From assembly GCF_016433145.1 (NCBI RefSeq), contig NC_058131.1:665732987-665796986 (forward strand): 64,000 nt of DNA, given 5' to 3'. The notes under the pieces were generated by a model that worked only from the letters and a program-made list of their open reading frames with translations, was not told the DNA's origin and did no database searches. The DNA comes from Gracilinanus agilis. Taxonomy: Eukaryota. How positions within the stretch are numbered: the stretch's first letter is position 1; each line of letters starts with the position of its first letter. The position numbers were made by a program, and so were the translations under genes. Of the stretch, positions 38,701 through 50,959 are shown piece after piece.

Positions 38701-41700
38701 ATGCTATTAGCTCATATCTAAGTGGGGATGGTATTGATCTCTCTCCCACCGATAAGTCCTTAAGATGTGCTGCTTTAACATTGATATTTTTGCAAAGTTG
38801 TCAAAAAGAAATATCATTTTTCTTCCTCCTTTATTTCATTTTCTAGGGGATATAGTAATTAACAAAAACCGTTAGATGCCAGGAAAGCGGTGGCTTTTGA
38901 AGTTTTTTACATAGCTGTCACCCTGGAGATAAAGGCAGATTATTCAATCTTGACATTCTAATTGTGGATGCCAGATAAAAGGCTGGATTAGAAATTTTCC
39001 TGCCTTGTAGAAGGGAGGGTAGGGAGGAGAATGTGAGATCACCATGAAGTAACTGATCTATGCATATCTGGGGGGTGGCTTTTAAAGGCCAGGGTTTGGG
39101 GGTGCAGGGAGAGGCAAGAGCAAAGGAAGAGGGTTGAAAAGATCTACCTTCATCAACTGACAGGAAGTGGGTCATGTTTTGTGGTTTGGTTTCTTTTGTT
39201 TCTATACCAAAAGCCTTTGAAGGAAAGAACCATTCACTCATTCATCCTTTCAACAAGTATTCTGTGAGCACCTCCTGGGGTCCAGCCCTCTCCTAAGTGC
39301 TTTGGGGGAAGGGGAAAAGTGAATATCTTGGTCCCTGAGCCCAGGTTTGATTCCCAGTTCTACCCCAACCCCTCTCTACTGGGATGCAAATCTTTCTAAC
39401 CTCAATTTCCCTCATCTATAGAGAAGGAATAAGAACACTCAGATTGGCTCTCTAAAAGGGATGCAGTCAGGAAATCACATGGATAAACTATACAGAGCTA
39501 AGTAAATAGCCATGATTATGATATAAGGCAAAGGCATATGGTAGAAAGGGTGCTACTTTGGGATTCAGAGGACCTGGATTCCCATCTCAACTCTGCTACT
39601 TACTAACTGTGTGGCCTTGGGCAAGTCACTTAACCCTCATGAGCCTCAGATTCTTCATCTATAAAATGAGATAATTGGACTAGTGGACCTCTCAATTTAT
39701 GAGTCCATAATCTACCTTACATCCCATTATTCCCTAATTACTCCCTAGAATGTGAAGTCTGTAAGCAGGGACTCCTTCATTTTTATTTTTGTCTTTCCTA
39801 ACACCTAGTACAATTTCTAGTATCTAGGAGGTGCTTAATTAATGTTTACTGGTTGATTGATTACATGTGACATTTACTCAAGCCTAATTTTACTGCATGG
39901 GTCATTCTCATTCTTTCTTCTGCTACTTTGCCTTTATGGTTTCTCTTTAATTGAGAATGCACTTCCCCATCCTTATATTCTATTCATCCTTCAAGATCTA
40001 AGACAAATCCCACTTCTCCCTTAAAGGCATGGGATCACTAATTTAGACCTAGAAAGGACTTAGGAGTCATCTAGTCCAGCCTCCCATTTTTTCCAGATAA
40101 ATTAAGAGCCCAGGAAAGTTCAATGACTTTTCTGATATTACCCAGATAATAAGCGGTAAAGCTCAGATTTGAACCCAGGTCTTCTAATACCAAATTCAGG
40201 ATCCTTTCCACTGACATCTCACTGTCTTTTCCTAATCATTCCAGCCCCTAGGGACCTCTCTCTTTCATCTGACTTCTAATAGTATTTACTGTCTGAGCCA
40301 TGCAATTTATCTTACATGATTGTCTAAATCTTATCTTCCCAAAATTATGAGATGGCTCTGCTCTCTAAAGAGATTTTATAGACTTTTATGTATTCTGCCT
40401 CTCCCTTCTCACCTACCACAGTGCTAGGGGCTTTTATGGGATGGAATGGAATGAAATAAATCATGGAATCATAAGATCATAGAATATTAGAGTGGAGAGA
40501 GGTCATGGTGATGGACTAAGTCACCCTTCCCCCAATTGACAAAAGAGGAAAATCATGGTCCAGAATAGGAAAGCGACTGGTCCAATGCACACAATAAATG
40601 TGTAAGAGTAACTAACATTTATTTGAGGCTTTAGTATTTGCAAAGCACTTTACAAAAATTCTTTCGTTTGATCCTAAAGACAATTTTAAGAGGTAGTTAA
40701 TATGGTTATTCTCTTTTTACAGGTAAGGAAACAGGCAAACAGAGAATAAGTGACTTTCCCAGGATCACACAGATAGTGTCTAAGGTTGGATTTGAACTCA
40801 GATCTTCCTGACTCTAGGTCTAGCACTAATGGGAAAAATCATTGAAATTTTCTGTCCAGTTCCATGTGAAAAATGAGAGGTTGGATTAGATGATATCTAA
40901 GATCCTTTCCAGGTCTACACTGATAATCTCGTGGGGCCTTCTTCTCACTGAGAATTCTGACTCCTAGTGTAATTGTGAGTAGATTGGAAGAAAATGTTCC
41001 ATTCTTCCCTGAACCCAAAGACAAACCCAATGTGATTGGAGAAGGCAGAGACAGGTAAGACATGGATGAGGCTGCTTGTCTGCCAGCAAAATCTGCACAG
41101 GGCAATAGAGACTGCTTTGGAAAGTCTCTCCCAACATACCTTCTAGCCTTCAAGGACGCCATCTCATTCTCAACTTATTTCCATAAATATTTCAAAACCA
41201 AAAAAATCCTGGATCAGGACTTAAAGAGAAATGGAGAGGGAGGCTAATGTTTGAAATAAATTTCATGTGTCTCCCCCCTCCCCAGTCCCAGGCTAATGGA
41301 GAGTACAAAATATCTAAGATCAACCCATCTGTTGATCAATAAATATTTATTAAGCATCTATAATATACCATGACCTGTGCAAATCGCCAGGGTGCAAAGA
41401 GAAACCAGGTCATTGACATTAAGGAAAAGTGATTCTTCACTTTTAGTAAGAGTACTTTTTATAGGGACTCTTTTATAGGGACTCAAAAGGAGATTCTACT
41501 AGAGGCTTCATGGAAGAGGTGGGACTTGAACTGGGCTTTGAAAAAGGGACAGAAGAAAAGTTCAAGGGCCAAGAAGCAGGGATGGTAAGACTAAAGAGAT
41601 GGAGATGAGATATTGGGAGTCTAGCAGGAATACTAGGCCAGCTGGAGACTGCTGAGGTAGAGAAGCAATGAGAAATAAGACCAAATAAGTAACTTCAGCT

Positions 41701-41909
41701 GTGGGTAAAAACTAGCTCCCTTGAGAAAGGGTTAATAAACATTCTCTGGAACTGATGAGCAGGAATGAGCAGGGACGGAGTTGGGACCCTGTGCCCTGGC
41801 CACACTCTCGGTAGCATCTTCAAAATAAAGGAACAAAATCTGAGCTTCCAGTTCTTTGGATGAGAACCTGCCTTCCCTTTCCCACAACAAATTCTCTGTC
41901 CCACAACAG

Positions 41910-42150
41910 AATGAAGTGGGACAGAGATTGGAACTGGAATTTCACTGTAAGAGGGAACTCCTTAGTGAGGAAAGTTCCTCCACTACTAGGCACCTTCTCT
42001 GCAATTTATGGTCTGAGGGAGTTGCCTGGCCCCATAGAAATGAGAGTTTCGATGATTTGTCCCAAGGTCAGATGGCCAACATAAATCAGAAGCAGCCCTT
42101 TGAATCCAGGTCATGTTGACCTGGAGGCCAACACCCTACCATGTCCTGCT
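41910..42150 (-). mobile_element. Marsupial CORE-SINE (Mar3/MdoRep-type)
   Basis: gatttcact-like tail, gcaccttctctgcaatttatggtctgaggggagttgcc. Confidence 0.65.
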
Positions 42151-42848
42151 GACTACGCTGAAGAAAGGGAAAGCAAAGTAAATCCAGTACAATCTTAGAA
42201 ATCTAATCGTTTAGAGACTCCAACAACTGGAAGAAAGCACCAATGACGACCACAAAAATCCAAGCTAAAAAGAACCTCCCAAATCATCTAGTTCAATCCT
42301 CATTTGACAGGTCTATTTCGATGACCAAGCCAGCCAGGCCAAACCAATGACTCATTCCAGAAGGATTCATCCATACATCAAAGGATCTGCCAGCAGTTTT
42401 ATTTATACACGGACAACTCCTAGTTCTTTCTGTCTTTTTACTGGCAATGCATTGTTCAGTAGAACTGAAGGGCAGGGAAACAGAGCAAAAGTGTCAGAAG
42501 GCCCTGCCGATGGAAGATCAATGAGTGAAGAGGCCAAAATATTTGTGAAATAGCCCTGTAAGCTAAGGAAGCATAATTGAATTTCCTAAATATCAATTTG
42601 CCAAACACCAGTTTAGAGTGGTTGGAAAGGCTTTGGAGGTGGGGTAGCAGATGCCCCTTTGATGGCCTGCCTGGCTTGGCCTCTCCAGAAGGGGGTCAAC
42701 ATACTGAGGATTAGCACAGTGCTTCCTCTTCAGGCATGGTGGTAGGTAGGCAGCCTCGTGCTGTATAAGTCAGCCAAGTGCACCAGGGACCTTGAAAAGG
42801 GAGGTTGTGGTGGGAGAGCAAGGAAACATAAATCTGCTGTCACTGTTC

Positions 42849-42989
42849 NNNNNNNNNNNNNNNNNNNNNNNNNNNNNNNNNNNNNNNNNNNNNNNNNNNN
42901 NNNNNNNNNNNNNNNNNNNNNNNNNNNNNNNNNNNNNNNNNNNNNNNNNNNNNNNNNNNNNNNNNNNNNNNNNNNNNNNNNNNNNNNNN
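42849..42989. other. Assembly gap (141 N)
   Basis: N run. Confidence 1.
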
Positions 42990-44771
42990 AGGCACCCAGA
43001 GAAGTATAAAAAGATAATAATATGAAAATATAAGTAAACACCAGCCCATTCTAACAAAGGGGAAGCTTAATCAATTTTGCAATTAATTAAGACTGCCTGG
43101 GGTTCCTGAGTCCTCCCTAGAGCTAATGAGCTTTCCTAGAGCTTCAACCCATGAGTCGATTGCACAAAGGGAAGTAGGGGGAGGGAATATACCATGATGG
43201 GTTCAGGGGAGCCCACCCAGACTAGCTCAGAATTTTCAGAATTTCCTGTCAAGCCCCCAGTTTCTTGTAGAACTTCAGAAGGAATTATAGACTTTAGCAA
43301 GTCCATTTAGTCAGTCAATGGACATTTATTAAGTGCTTAGTAAGGGCTACGCATGGGGCTATGCACTGAAGATACAACAAAAGATAGTCTCTACCCTCAA
43401 GGATCTCACAGCCTAATGGAGGAGACAACATGGGGCTCAATTCTCTTTAACTTGATCTAGATAGAAGCCAAATTCACATGTACCCAGCTAATCTGATGGG
43501 AAAAGAACTGCATTTCCCACGTGGCTATGGACCTCAGTAATCCACTGGGTTTCCCAGAATTCCTGAGTCCATGTAGCAATAGCTCATTGAAAGAGGCTCC
43601 CAGGAAATCATTTCCCTTGAAACTATGTACCTGTTGTGCAGGTTGTTTGTATTCTAATTGAGAATTTTTTTTTCATTTTTGTCATCCTTTTATTCCCCCT
43701 GCAACTTTTGGCTAACTGAAAGACTGTCTTCTGTTAATATTAACCCCACCTGACCAAAACCTTTCCCATGGGATATGAAAACTTACTTAAAGCTTTAAAT
43801 AATCCTTAGGTAAGAAGCCAGAGGAAGAATCCCAATTGTACCTGACTCCTTGATGACATGTAAATCTTTCCCCTCAATCAGCTTATCTTTTTAACTCTGT
43901 AAACATATTTAATCTGTAGCCTGACTTAGTTTACCTATAGAGTTTGTTGGATGAAGTTTATTTCCTAAAGGATTTTATGAGATTATGACTCTAACTAAAT
44001 TTGTATAATTTTATGATATTGGAGGAAGTATACTATTATGAATTTGTCTTTTCTTTAATGTACAAGATTGCACTATGCAAAAGAATTAGTTCTCTGTCAC
44101 TCTGATAAAATTATCCCTTTAAGAGGACTTCCCAAATACTGTTTGCTCAGTTTTTCTCTGAGGTTTGAACCCATACTTCAGCATAATAATAAAGCCTACA
44201 TTTTTACTTCTATAATTTCTGCATTGTGATAAATGTATTTTGGCAGCAGTTACCTACCGCATGAACTCAGAGAAGAGATATTTCTCCCATAAAAATATCA
44301 TGACAAAAGGACAGGCAAAGACTCTGGATAGAAGAGAAGTCAGTGGGTAGGGTCTGAATAAGGGTTTTCTAGCACTTAAGAACTCAAGAGCCCTGCAAGG
44401 TCCTCAGATTCTAAAGAGCTAGAGAGAGAAAATATTTATTAAGCACTTAAATATGTTGGGAACTCTACAAAGCACAAGAGTTAGAAATACAACCTAGTGA
44501 GTGAGTCTCTATTCTCAAGGAGTTAAGATTACTATAGAAGAAGACAAAAAAGGGAATGGTAACTGAGGATGAATGGTGAATTCAAGGCATAGTTGTGAAG
44601 CCCTAAATGGCAAGGTAAAGCAAAAAAAGCTAACCTGTCAGAACTGTGGGACCCAGGGTTGGAGTCCAAGTAGGTAAGAGCACTGAGGTGTCAAGAGATG
44701 TAATAGTATGACAAGTGAGCAGATAGTTAAGATCCATATGCTGTATGACTGAAGTTGGCTTCTATGTTAGT

Positions 44772-45118
44772 CATGCCACAGGGAATGAGCTATGCCCCAG
44801 CCCCACAAAACTCCCATTTGGAAACCATCAATCTCAGAAATGCCTAGGTTAAGTTATCCAACTTTCAGACTGGCCATACCAAGAAATGAGCTGCACCCCA
44901 GCCCCACAATATTCCCATTTGGGAACCATGTGTCTTAGAGATACATGGTTGAAAGTGGCTAACTTTTGGACTGGCAACTCCAGGGAATGAGTCATATCCC
45001 AGCCCCATGACATGCCCATTTGGGTAGCATGAGATACATGATTGAAGTTGGCCAACTTTTAGACAGGCCACTCCTGGAAATGAGACACTTCCCAACCCCA
45101 CAACATTCCCATTTGGAA
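44772..45118. repeat. Diverged tandem repeat, ~3.5 units of 93-102 bp
   Basis: Units start at 44772, 44874, 44975 and 45068, sharing g(g/a)aatgag...ccca(g/a)cccca...cccatttgg...aacttt...gac(t/a)gg. Confidence 0.9.
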
Positions 45119-45399
45119 GGCAGAGAAACTCTTTTCCTAAGCTAATGGCCCAAGAGTAATACAGGCATTTGCATTCATCCAAAGTATTGATATTGTTTAT
45201 TAATTTTCTTTTTTGGCTATATCCAGATTAAGAATGCTACTATTTTAATGTATTCTTTCTTCCTGGCTTGTTAATAAGGAACAATCTGATTTAAGTTGAA
45301 TTTTAGAAGTTCCCCAGAAGTTGGATTGAGTCTTAAACCAAATAACATAATGTATTATCATCTAAAATGCTCATCTCTCCCACCATGAAACCCTTAAAC

Positions 45400-45940
45400 T
45401 GTGTGAAAGGTTAGTTAGACTGAATCAAAAAGTGTGGAAAAAGTAATATCTAATGAAATTAAAAATGTGGGCTGAGGTCAAGTTTGAGGGACTTTTAATG
45501 ACACAAAAATTTTTATTTGATCCAAGAAAAAATAGGGGAAGATTAGAGTTTATTGATAGGGGAGTGATATTGTCAGATCTGCACTTTAGGAAAATCACTT
45601 TAGTAACTTATGTGGAGCATGAGCTAAAGTGAGACAAGACTTGGAGACAATTACAAAAATTTAAGTGAGAAGCAATGAGATCCTTCAAGACCTGAGATCA
45701 TGGCTATGTGAGTAGATAGAAAAGGTTTGATTCAAGACATGTTGCAGCAATAAAAATGGCGAGGTAGGGCAACTAATCAGAGATATAGTGTGAAGGAGGG
45801 TGAAGTCAAGGATAATACCAACATTATAAACCTGGGACACCAGAGGAATAATTGTGCTTTGGAAGAAAGAAAGAAATTTGGAAGGGAAGAGGGCTGAGGG
45901 TAAAGATTCTAAGTTCTATTTTAAACATGTCGGTTTTAAT
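45400..45940 (-). mobile_element. L2 LINE remnant
   Basis: gatctgcactttaggaaaatcacttt, gagacaattacaa, agttctattttaaacatgt. Confidence 0.75.
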
Positions 45941-47089
45941 CTTTGGCAAGTAATGCTGCTTTCTACAATATTAGCAGCTCATACTTAGACCTTTTTTATA
46001 TTTCTGTGGTTATTATTAGCTAATATTTATAACAAGCTTTTCATGATCTAAGATATGTCATGCATACATTATCTTGCTTGATCTTCACAGCAACCTTGTA
46101 AGGTAGATTTTACAGGTTATTTTTCCTATTTTACAGATGAGAAAATCAAGGCTTAGAGGGATTTGGCTATGAGGGGAAATAACAAGCTAATGCTCTGGTT
46201 CTGTCTTCTGAAGGGATTCAGAAGAGGTCTTCTCCTTTATCCATGTGATAGGATTTCAGATATTTCTAATTTCAAATAATAACTACTTATTCGGAATCTA
46301 CTTTGTGCAGAAGCCTACACTAATCTGAGAGAGGAGGAGGAGGAGGGGGAAGAGAAGGAGGAGGAGGAAGAGGAGGAGAGAGAAATAAAAGACATAGCCT
46401 CTACCCTTGAGATGGCTTTTCTTAGAGAAGATGCCTCTGTTTCCCTCATCCCACCATACTTCTTTTTTCTCAGGTTATACATCCCTACTTCAATCAGTCC
46501 TTATATGACGCAGTTTCCAGAACTATCACAATCCTGATAACTGTCCTCTGGATAGCCTCAATTTTGTTAATGTATTTCTTTCAATGTGGTACCTCAAGCT
46601 CAGACTTGAAAAACCAAATAGTCCTGAAAAAAAATACAAACATAGAAATGTAGATTCACCTAAAATATAAGCGGTTAATAGCAAAGTCTTTTCTGAGAGC
46701 AGAGTGTTATAAGAGAGCAAGAAGACACCAAGGACATGATGGGGGAAAGATAAAGCATTTATTCTGTACCAGTTGGGGAGTGGGGTCAAAGAGTACAAAG
46801 AAGGGAGTCTAGGGGTACTGAAAAGAAGCTTAACTTGTTTTGCAGTTTTCCCATGGACTCAGTGCTGGCTTCTAGACTATTTTCTTATTTCTTCATAATT
46901 CACATAAGTGGGATATGGATCTTGGACCAGAGGCCCTGGGCAACAGGCTTCCTGACTGTCTTCCATTGTGGAACATTCAACTACACCATTTCATCCCCCA
47001 ATTTATTGTATTCTTAAAAGCCATCGAAAAAAATTTTAACTATTATCCTCAAACCCTCAGTAGGTCTCTTAATGACTAGCTCCACTAAT

Positions 47090-48460
47090 TAGTAACAGCT
47101 GTTAATGAAGTGTGCAGGTACAAGCCTAGTCTCGTCAATTAATCCATAGACTTTTCCTAGACTGCGGTAATATTTAAAGGGGAAATCGATAACTGACAAG
47201 CAGGCATATATATGGTGCATCGGGAGGTAGCAAGGAAAGGCAGAAGGTGAATGCATTTTAATGTATTGGGACCCGAAGCAGTCCATGCACCGAGTCAATC
47301 ACAGGGAATCAAATCACAAAGTTTGTCCTCCCAAGGAAGATTCGAGACCCCCCATCCCTCAGGGACGCTCTCACACCCAGAGCCTTTTCTAAAAGGATGT
47401 AAAGTTCAACAGAGCTATTATTAGGGCAGAGATAACTGGCTGTTGTCCCAGACCACCAGACTGCAAAGGTACTGACAATATTTGAAGTCCTTCAGCCAAA
47501 TAAAAGTAACAGAATTTAGCATCATTAGCAAAGGAAATTATGAATCCCTTCACCCCGCCTAAGACTTTTATATGGACAAATCAAACTATAATGGCATCAA
47601 GGATAACCGTAAAGAGGAAGAGAAGCCACAAAGGGCTAGACCGCCATCTTTCTTCTTAAAGGAAGTCATCTCCTCCTCCACTGTCCAGTTGCCTAATCAG
47701 ATAGACGACAATGCCAAAATCAGGGAGCATCCCTACCATAGAGCCAAGGTAGCCATAGATTTAGAGCTGGGGGGCTTGGGAGGGACCTTTGGAATTATCT
47801 AGTCTAACTTTTTAGTTTTATATATAAGGAAACTAAGGCCCAGAGAGAATGACTTGCCCAAGATCAAACAGCTAGTAAGTGGCAGAACCAAGATTCGAAC
47901 CCAGGTCTTTTGACTCCCAATGCCTAGCGTATTCTACTGTACCGTGCTGCCTCCTTTGCCTTTACCCGCCAAACCAGGGGCTCTATTGCTGCTGCCAGTC
48001 TAGAGAAGGCACCACCATTTTTCTTCTGTTGACTTAACAAAGTTGGAACTCTGCCATGGCTCCCTGGAACCAGCAGCCTGCACAGTGGAGTTTAATAGAA
48101 TGCAGCCGCTCATAGCAGGTAATGCAAGGAGATAAATAGCTGATTTACTACTATTTCCATCGAAACCTGCCTTTTTAATTGCAGCTTTGCTGGGTAATTA
48201 TGGGCTCCGGGAAAATGCATAGCTTGCAGGCTTTACCTGAGCTAAGGAGAACACACTGAGGAGAGAAAAAACCCGAGCTTACTGTCCCCATCTCAGGGCT
48301 GAAACAAAGGCCCCCATTGATGGAGTTCGTGCCTGGGAAGGTTCAAATTGTGGCAAAGGGAGCAATTTCTAACAGGGAGTTCCACGGGCCGCTTCCATGT
48401 TAATGAACTAGCCTCATATGGATTGCTCTCTGCTAATGATGCCAAAGTTGGCTTTGTGCC
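47090..48460. promoter_or_regulatory. Candidate enhancer / conserved non-coding block (one MIR at ~47760-47950 inside)
   Basis: Locally high CpG retention; YY1-type CCGCCATCTT 47641-47650; SOX/TCF-type AACAAAG; homeodomain TAATT motifs. Confidence 0.4.
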
Positions 48461-48991
48461 ACCAAAGAGACTTAGGGAGACTTCATAATTATAATATTTG
48501 ATTAATGACCTTTCTCTGATTTGACATTATTCTGCATTACTCTGCACTCAGATTCTGTTTATCTTTAAAAACCATAGCAGGTGGCTGGAGGAGAGGGACA
48601 CAGAGACACAGAATGATGGATCTTCAGGACACTCCTAGGATTGCCAGGAGGGGGAGCTGCATTCAGGGGCAGATATTGAAGGACTTGTGGAGAGGGGGAA
48701 AAAAAGGCATTTATTAAGCACCTACTTTATGCAAGGTACTCAGAATAGAAAGACAAAGATTGTCTCTCCCCTCAATTTAAACGAATCAAAAAGCATTTAT
48801 TAAGCCCAAAGAACTTAAATTCTGCTGGAACTAACAGTGATCTTTCCTCCCCTGAAATCATACTGCACTGAAATATAGTCTTATCCAGTTTTCTCTAGAC
48901 TCCCCTTGGTATCGTGTGTCCTGTATGTAAAAATAAAAGGTGACTGTAAAATAATATAGGCAATGGTCTTGTGCCTCTGAAATTGGTTCGT

Positions 48992-49195
48992 GGAGCAGCT
49001 AGAGAGCACAGTGAACAGAGCACCAAACCTGGAGTCCCAAGTTCAAATCTGGTCCCGCATACTTCCTAACTATATGATCCTGGGCAAATCACTTAATTCC
49101 CATTGCCTAGCCCTTAGCTCTCTTCTGCCTTGGAATCAATACTTAGTATTAAATATAAGACAGAAGGTAAGGATTTATTTAAGAAAAAAAAACTT
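48992..49195 (+). mobile_element. SINE1_Mdo-type SINE
   Basis: Head to A-tail match. Confidence 0.9.
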
Positions 49196-49209
49196 TGCAG
49201 ATATGTTTC

Positions 49210-49397
49210 TTTTTCTTTTAAACCCTTATCATTTGTCTTAGTCTGAATTTTAAGACAGAAGAGCATCAGGGAATAAACAATTGGGGTCAAGTGATTTGCC
49301 CAAGGTCATGTAGCTAGGAAGCATCTGAGGCCAAATTTGAACCCAGGACCTCCCATCTCCAAGTCTGGCTTTCAATCGGCTGTGCCACTTAGCTGCC
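49210..49397 (-). mobile_element. SINE1_Mdo-type SINE, tail-to-tail with the previous copy
   Basis: ctttaaacccttatc...tgaggccaaatttgaacccaggacctcccatctc...gccacttagctgcc. Confidence 0.88.
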
Positions 49398-49439
49398 ACA
49401 ACTTTTGAATTTCTTAAGGACAAAGGCTATGTTTCACAT

Positions 49440-49690
49440 TGTGGCAGCGAGGCAGGACAGTGGATTGAACTCTGGACCTGGAGTGAGGAAGAGCTCAGTT
49501 CAAAACTGACTTTAGATATTTAATGTAACTCTGATCAAATCATTTAACCTCTCTCTGCCTCAGTGTCTCTGCAGTAAAATGGGGATAATAATAGTACCTA
49601 TTTCCCTGTGTTGTGAAGAACAAATGAGACAATATTTATAAAGTATTTTGCAAACCTTATAGTGATGTATAAATGCTAGCGATTATGATG
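49440..49690 (+). mobile_element. MIR SINE
   Basis: CORE ctctctgcctcagtgtctctgcagtaaaatggggataataatagtaccta and tail. Confidence 0.85.
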
Positions 49691-49699
49691 TTGTATTTA

Positions 49700-49860
49700 T
49701 TGTCCATTGGACGTAGGATCATACAGGCTATTTGTGCCTAACCCATGGTAGAGCCTTCTGAGCTCATATTGATCTGTTTAACCAATCTGACACGCTGCAC
49801 ATTGACCATGACATAGTGATGCCTTTTGGGTGCTCTTCAAATCCAAAGGATGACAACTAA
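49700..49860 (+). mobile_element. RTE 3' tail / RTE-mobilised SINE (WALLSI-like)
   Basis: gaccatgacatagtgatgccttttgggtgctcttcaaatccaaaggatgacaac resembles the marsupial RTE 3' terminus. Confidence 0.55.
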
Positions 49861-50959
49861 AAAAGCAAACAAACAAGAACCCACGAGAAGTGTCCAGAAA
49901 TACTTTTCAGCTGAGACATTTGTATGGATTCGCAGTTAATCAATAAGTTGGGGAATTTTTATAAACAGGCCCAGATAATGGGTGAAGGTTTAATACTCAA
50001 TTGTTCTTTTCCTTCATCTGGTACTAAGCATCCAGGAGGACTCAGAATCTCTTCCCTGACACACATCTGCCATTCTTCTCCAGTTCTCAGAACACTGGAT
50101 GAATACTGCTGGCCTCTTTCAAGATCCTCCATAGTTCTGCCATTATTTTTGATCTCCAATTCCAACTCCATTTCCCAAACAACCTGCCATCTAGCTCTTC
50201 TTCCCACATGTGTAGCCACCATATTGGAGATGTCCTCAATGACTGCCAAGGTCCCTTCCAACTCTCAAAATCTTAGCACTACAAATTCTCAGGGCAATGA
50301 ATGCAGTGACCTCTGGGGTCAGTTCCCAATCCGCATTTTGTAGATGGAAGAATTGGGGTTAAGAGAAATACAGTGATTTGACCAAAGTTTCCTTATACTG
50401 ACTTTACTACTAACTCCCAAGCCTGTTCTTTCTGCTAGACCTCACATTGCCTCAGCGACCTAGTATATGCCCAACCATACTGCAGTATTTTTTATTTCTT
50501 TTGATATCAGCAAGACAACTAGTTCCCTTTGAAAGAACCAAGGCATCTGGCCCCTTGATAGTAGTTCATGATAGATATAAATCCTCTTACATCATATTTG
50601 GTCTGGGCAGAGAAGGCCTAGAATGATCCCCCACCTAGGAATCAGATTTCATTCAGATCAGAAACTAGAGCAAATTTCAGGCCCCTTTTTTCTTCCCTTC
50701 TCACAATCAGATTTACCAAAGGCTGCTAATTATTTGACTTAATTAACTAATTGGTTAGGGGATTGGTAAAGTGCTTCACTGATTGCCAGAAAAAATATTG
50801 TCCTACCTTGCATTCAAGAAGTTCTTATATATAAAGAGAGAAAATCCCACCAAAAAAGAAAAAAGGAGATATCCACATGGAGAAGATGGTTGTTGACAAC
50901 ATGGCTATCCTACTTACAAAGTACTAGCAGCTTGTAGTGGCAAATAACAAGAAACTCCC

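Noticed and set aside
38284-38846. Four overlapping ORFs up to 154 aa
   Set aside because: All are translations of the GA-rich low-complexity tract.
42730-43057. Five ORFs spanning N runs (similar cases at 11444-11669 and 51252-51518)
   Set aside because: Artefacts of translating through assembly gaps.
44849-45182. Repetitive peptide ORFs suggesting a structural protein
   Set aside because: Repeat unit lengths are not all multiples of three, so the frame is not maintained; the peptide repeat follows from the DNA repeat.
49924-50343. Overlapping 139-aa (+) and 100-aa (-) ORFs
   Set aside because: No recognisable domain, no supporting splice structure, and the end overlaps MIR3/MIR sequence.
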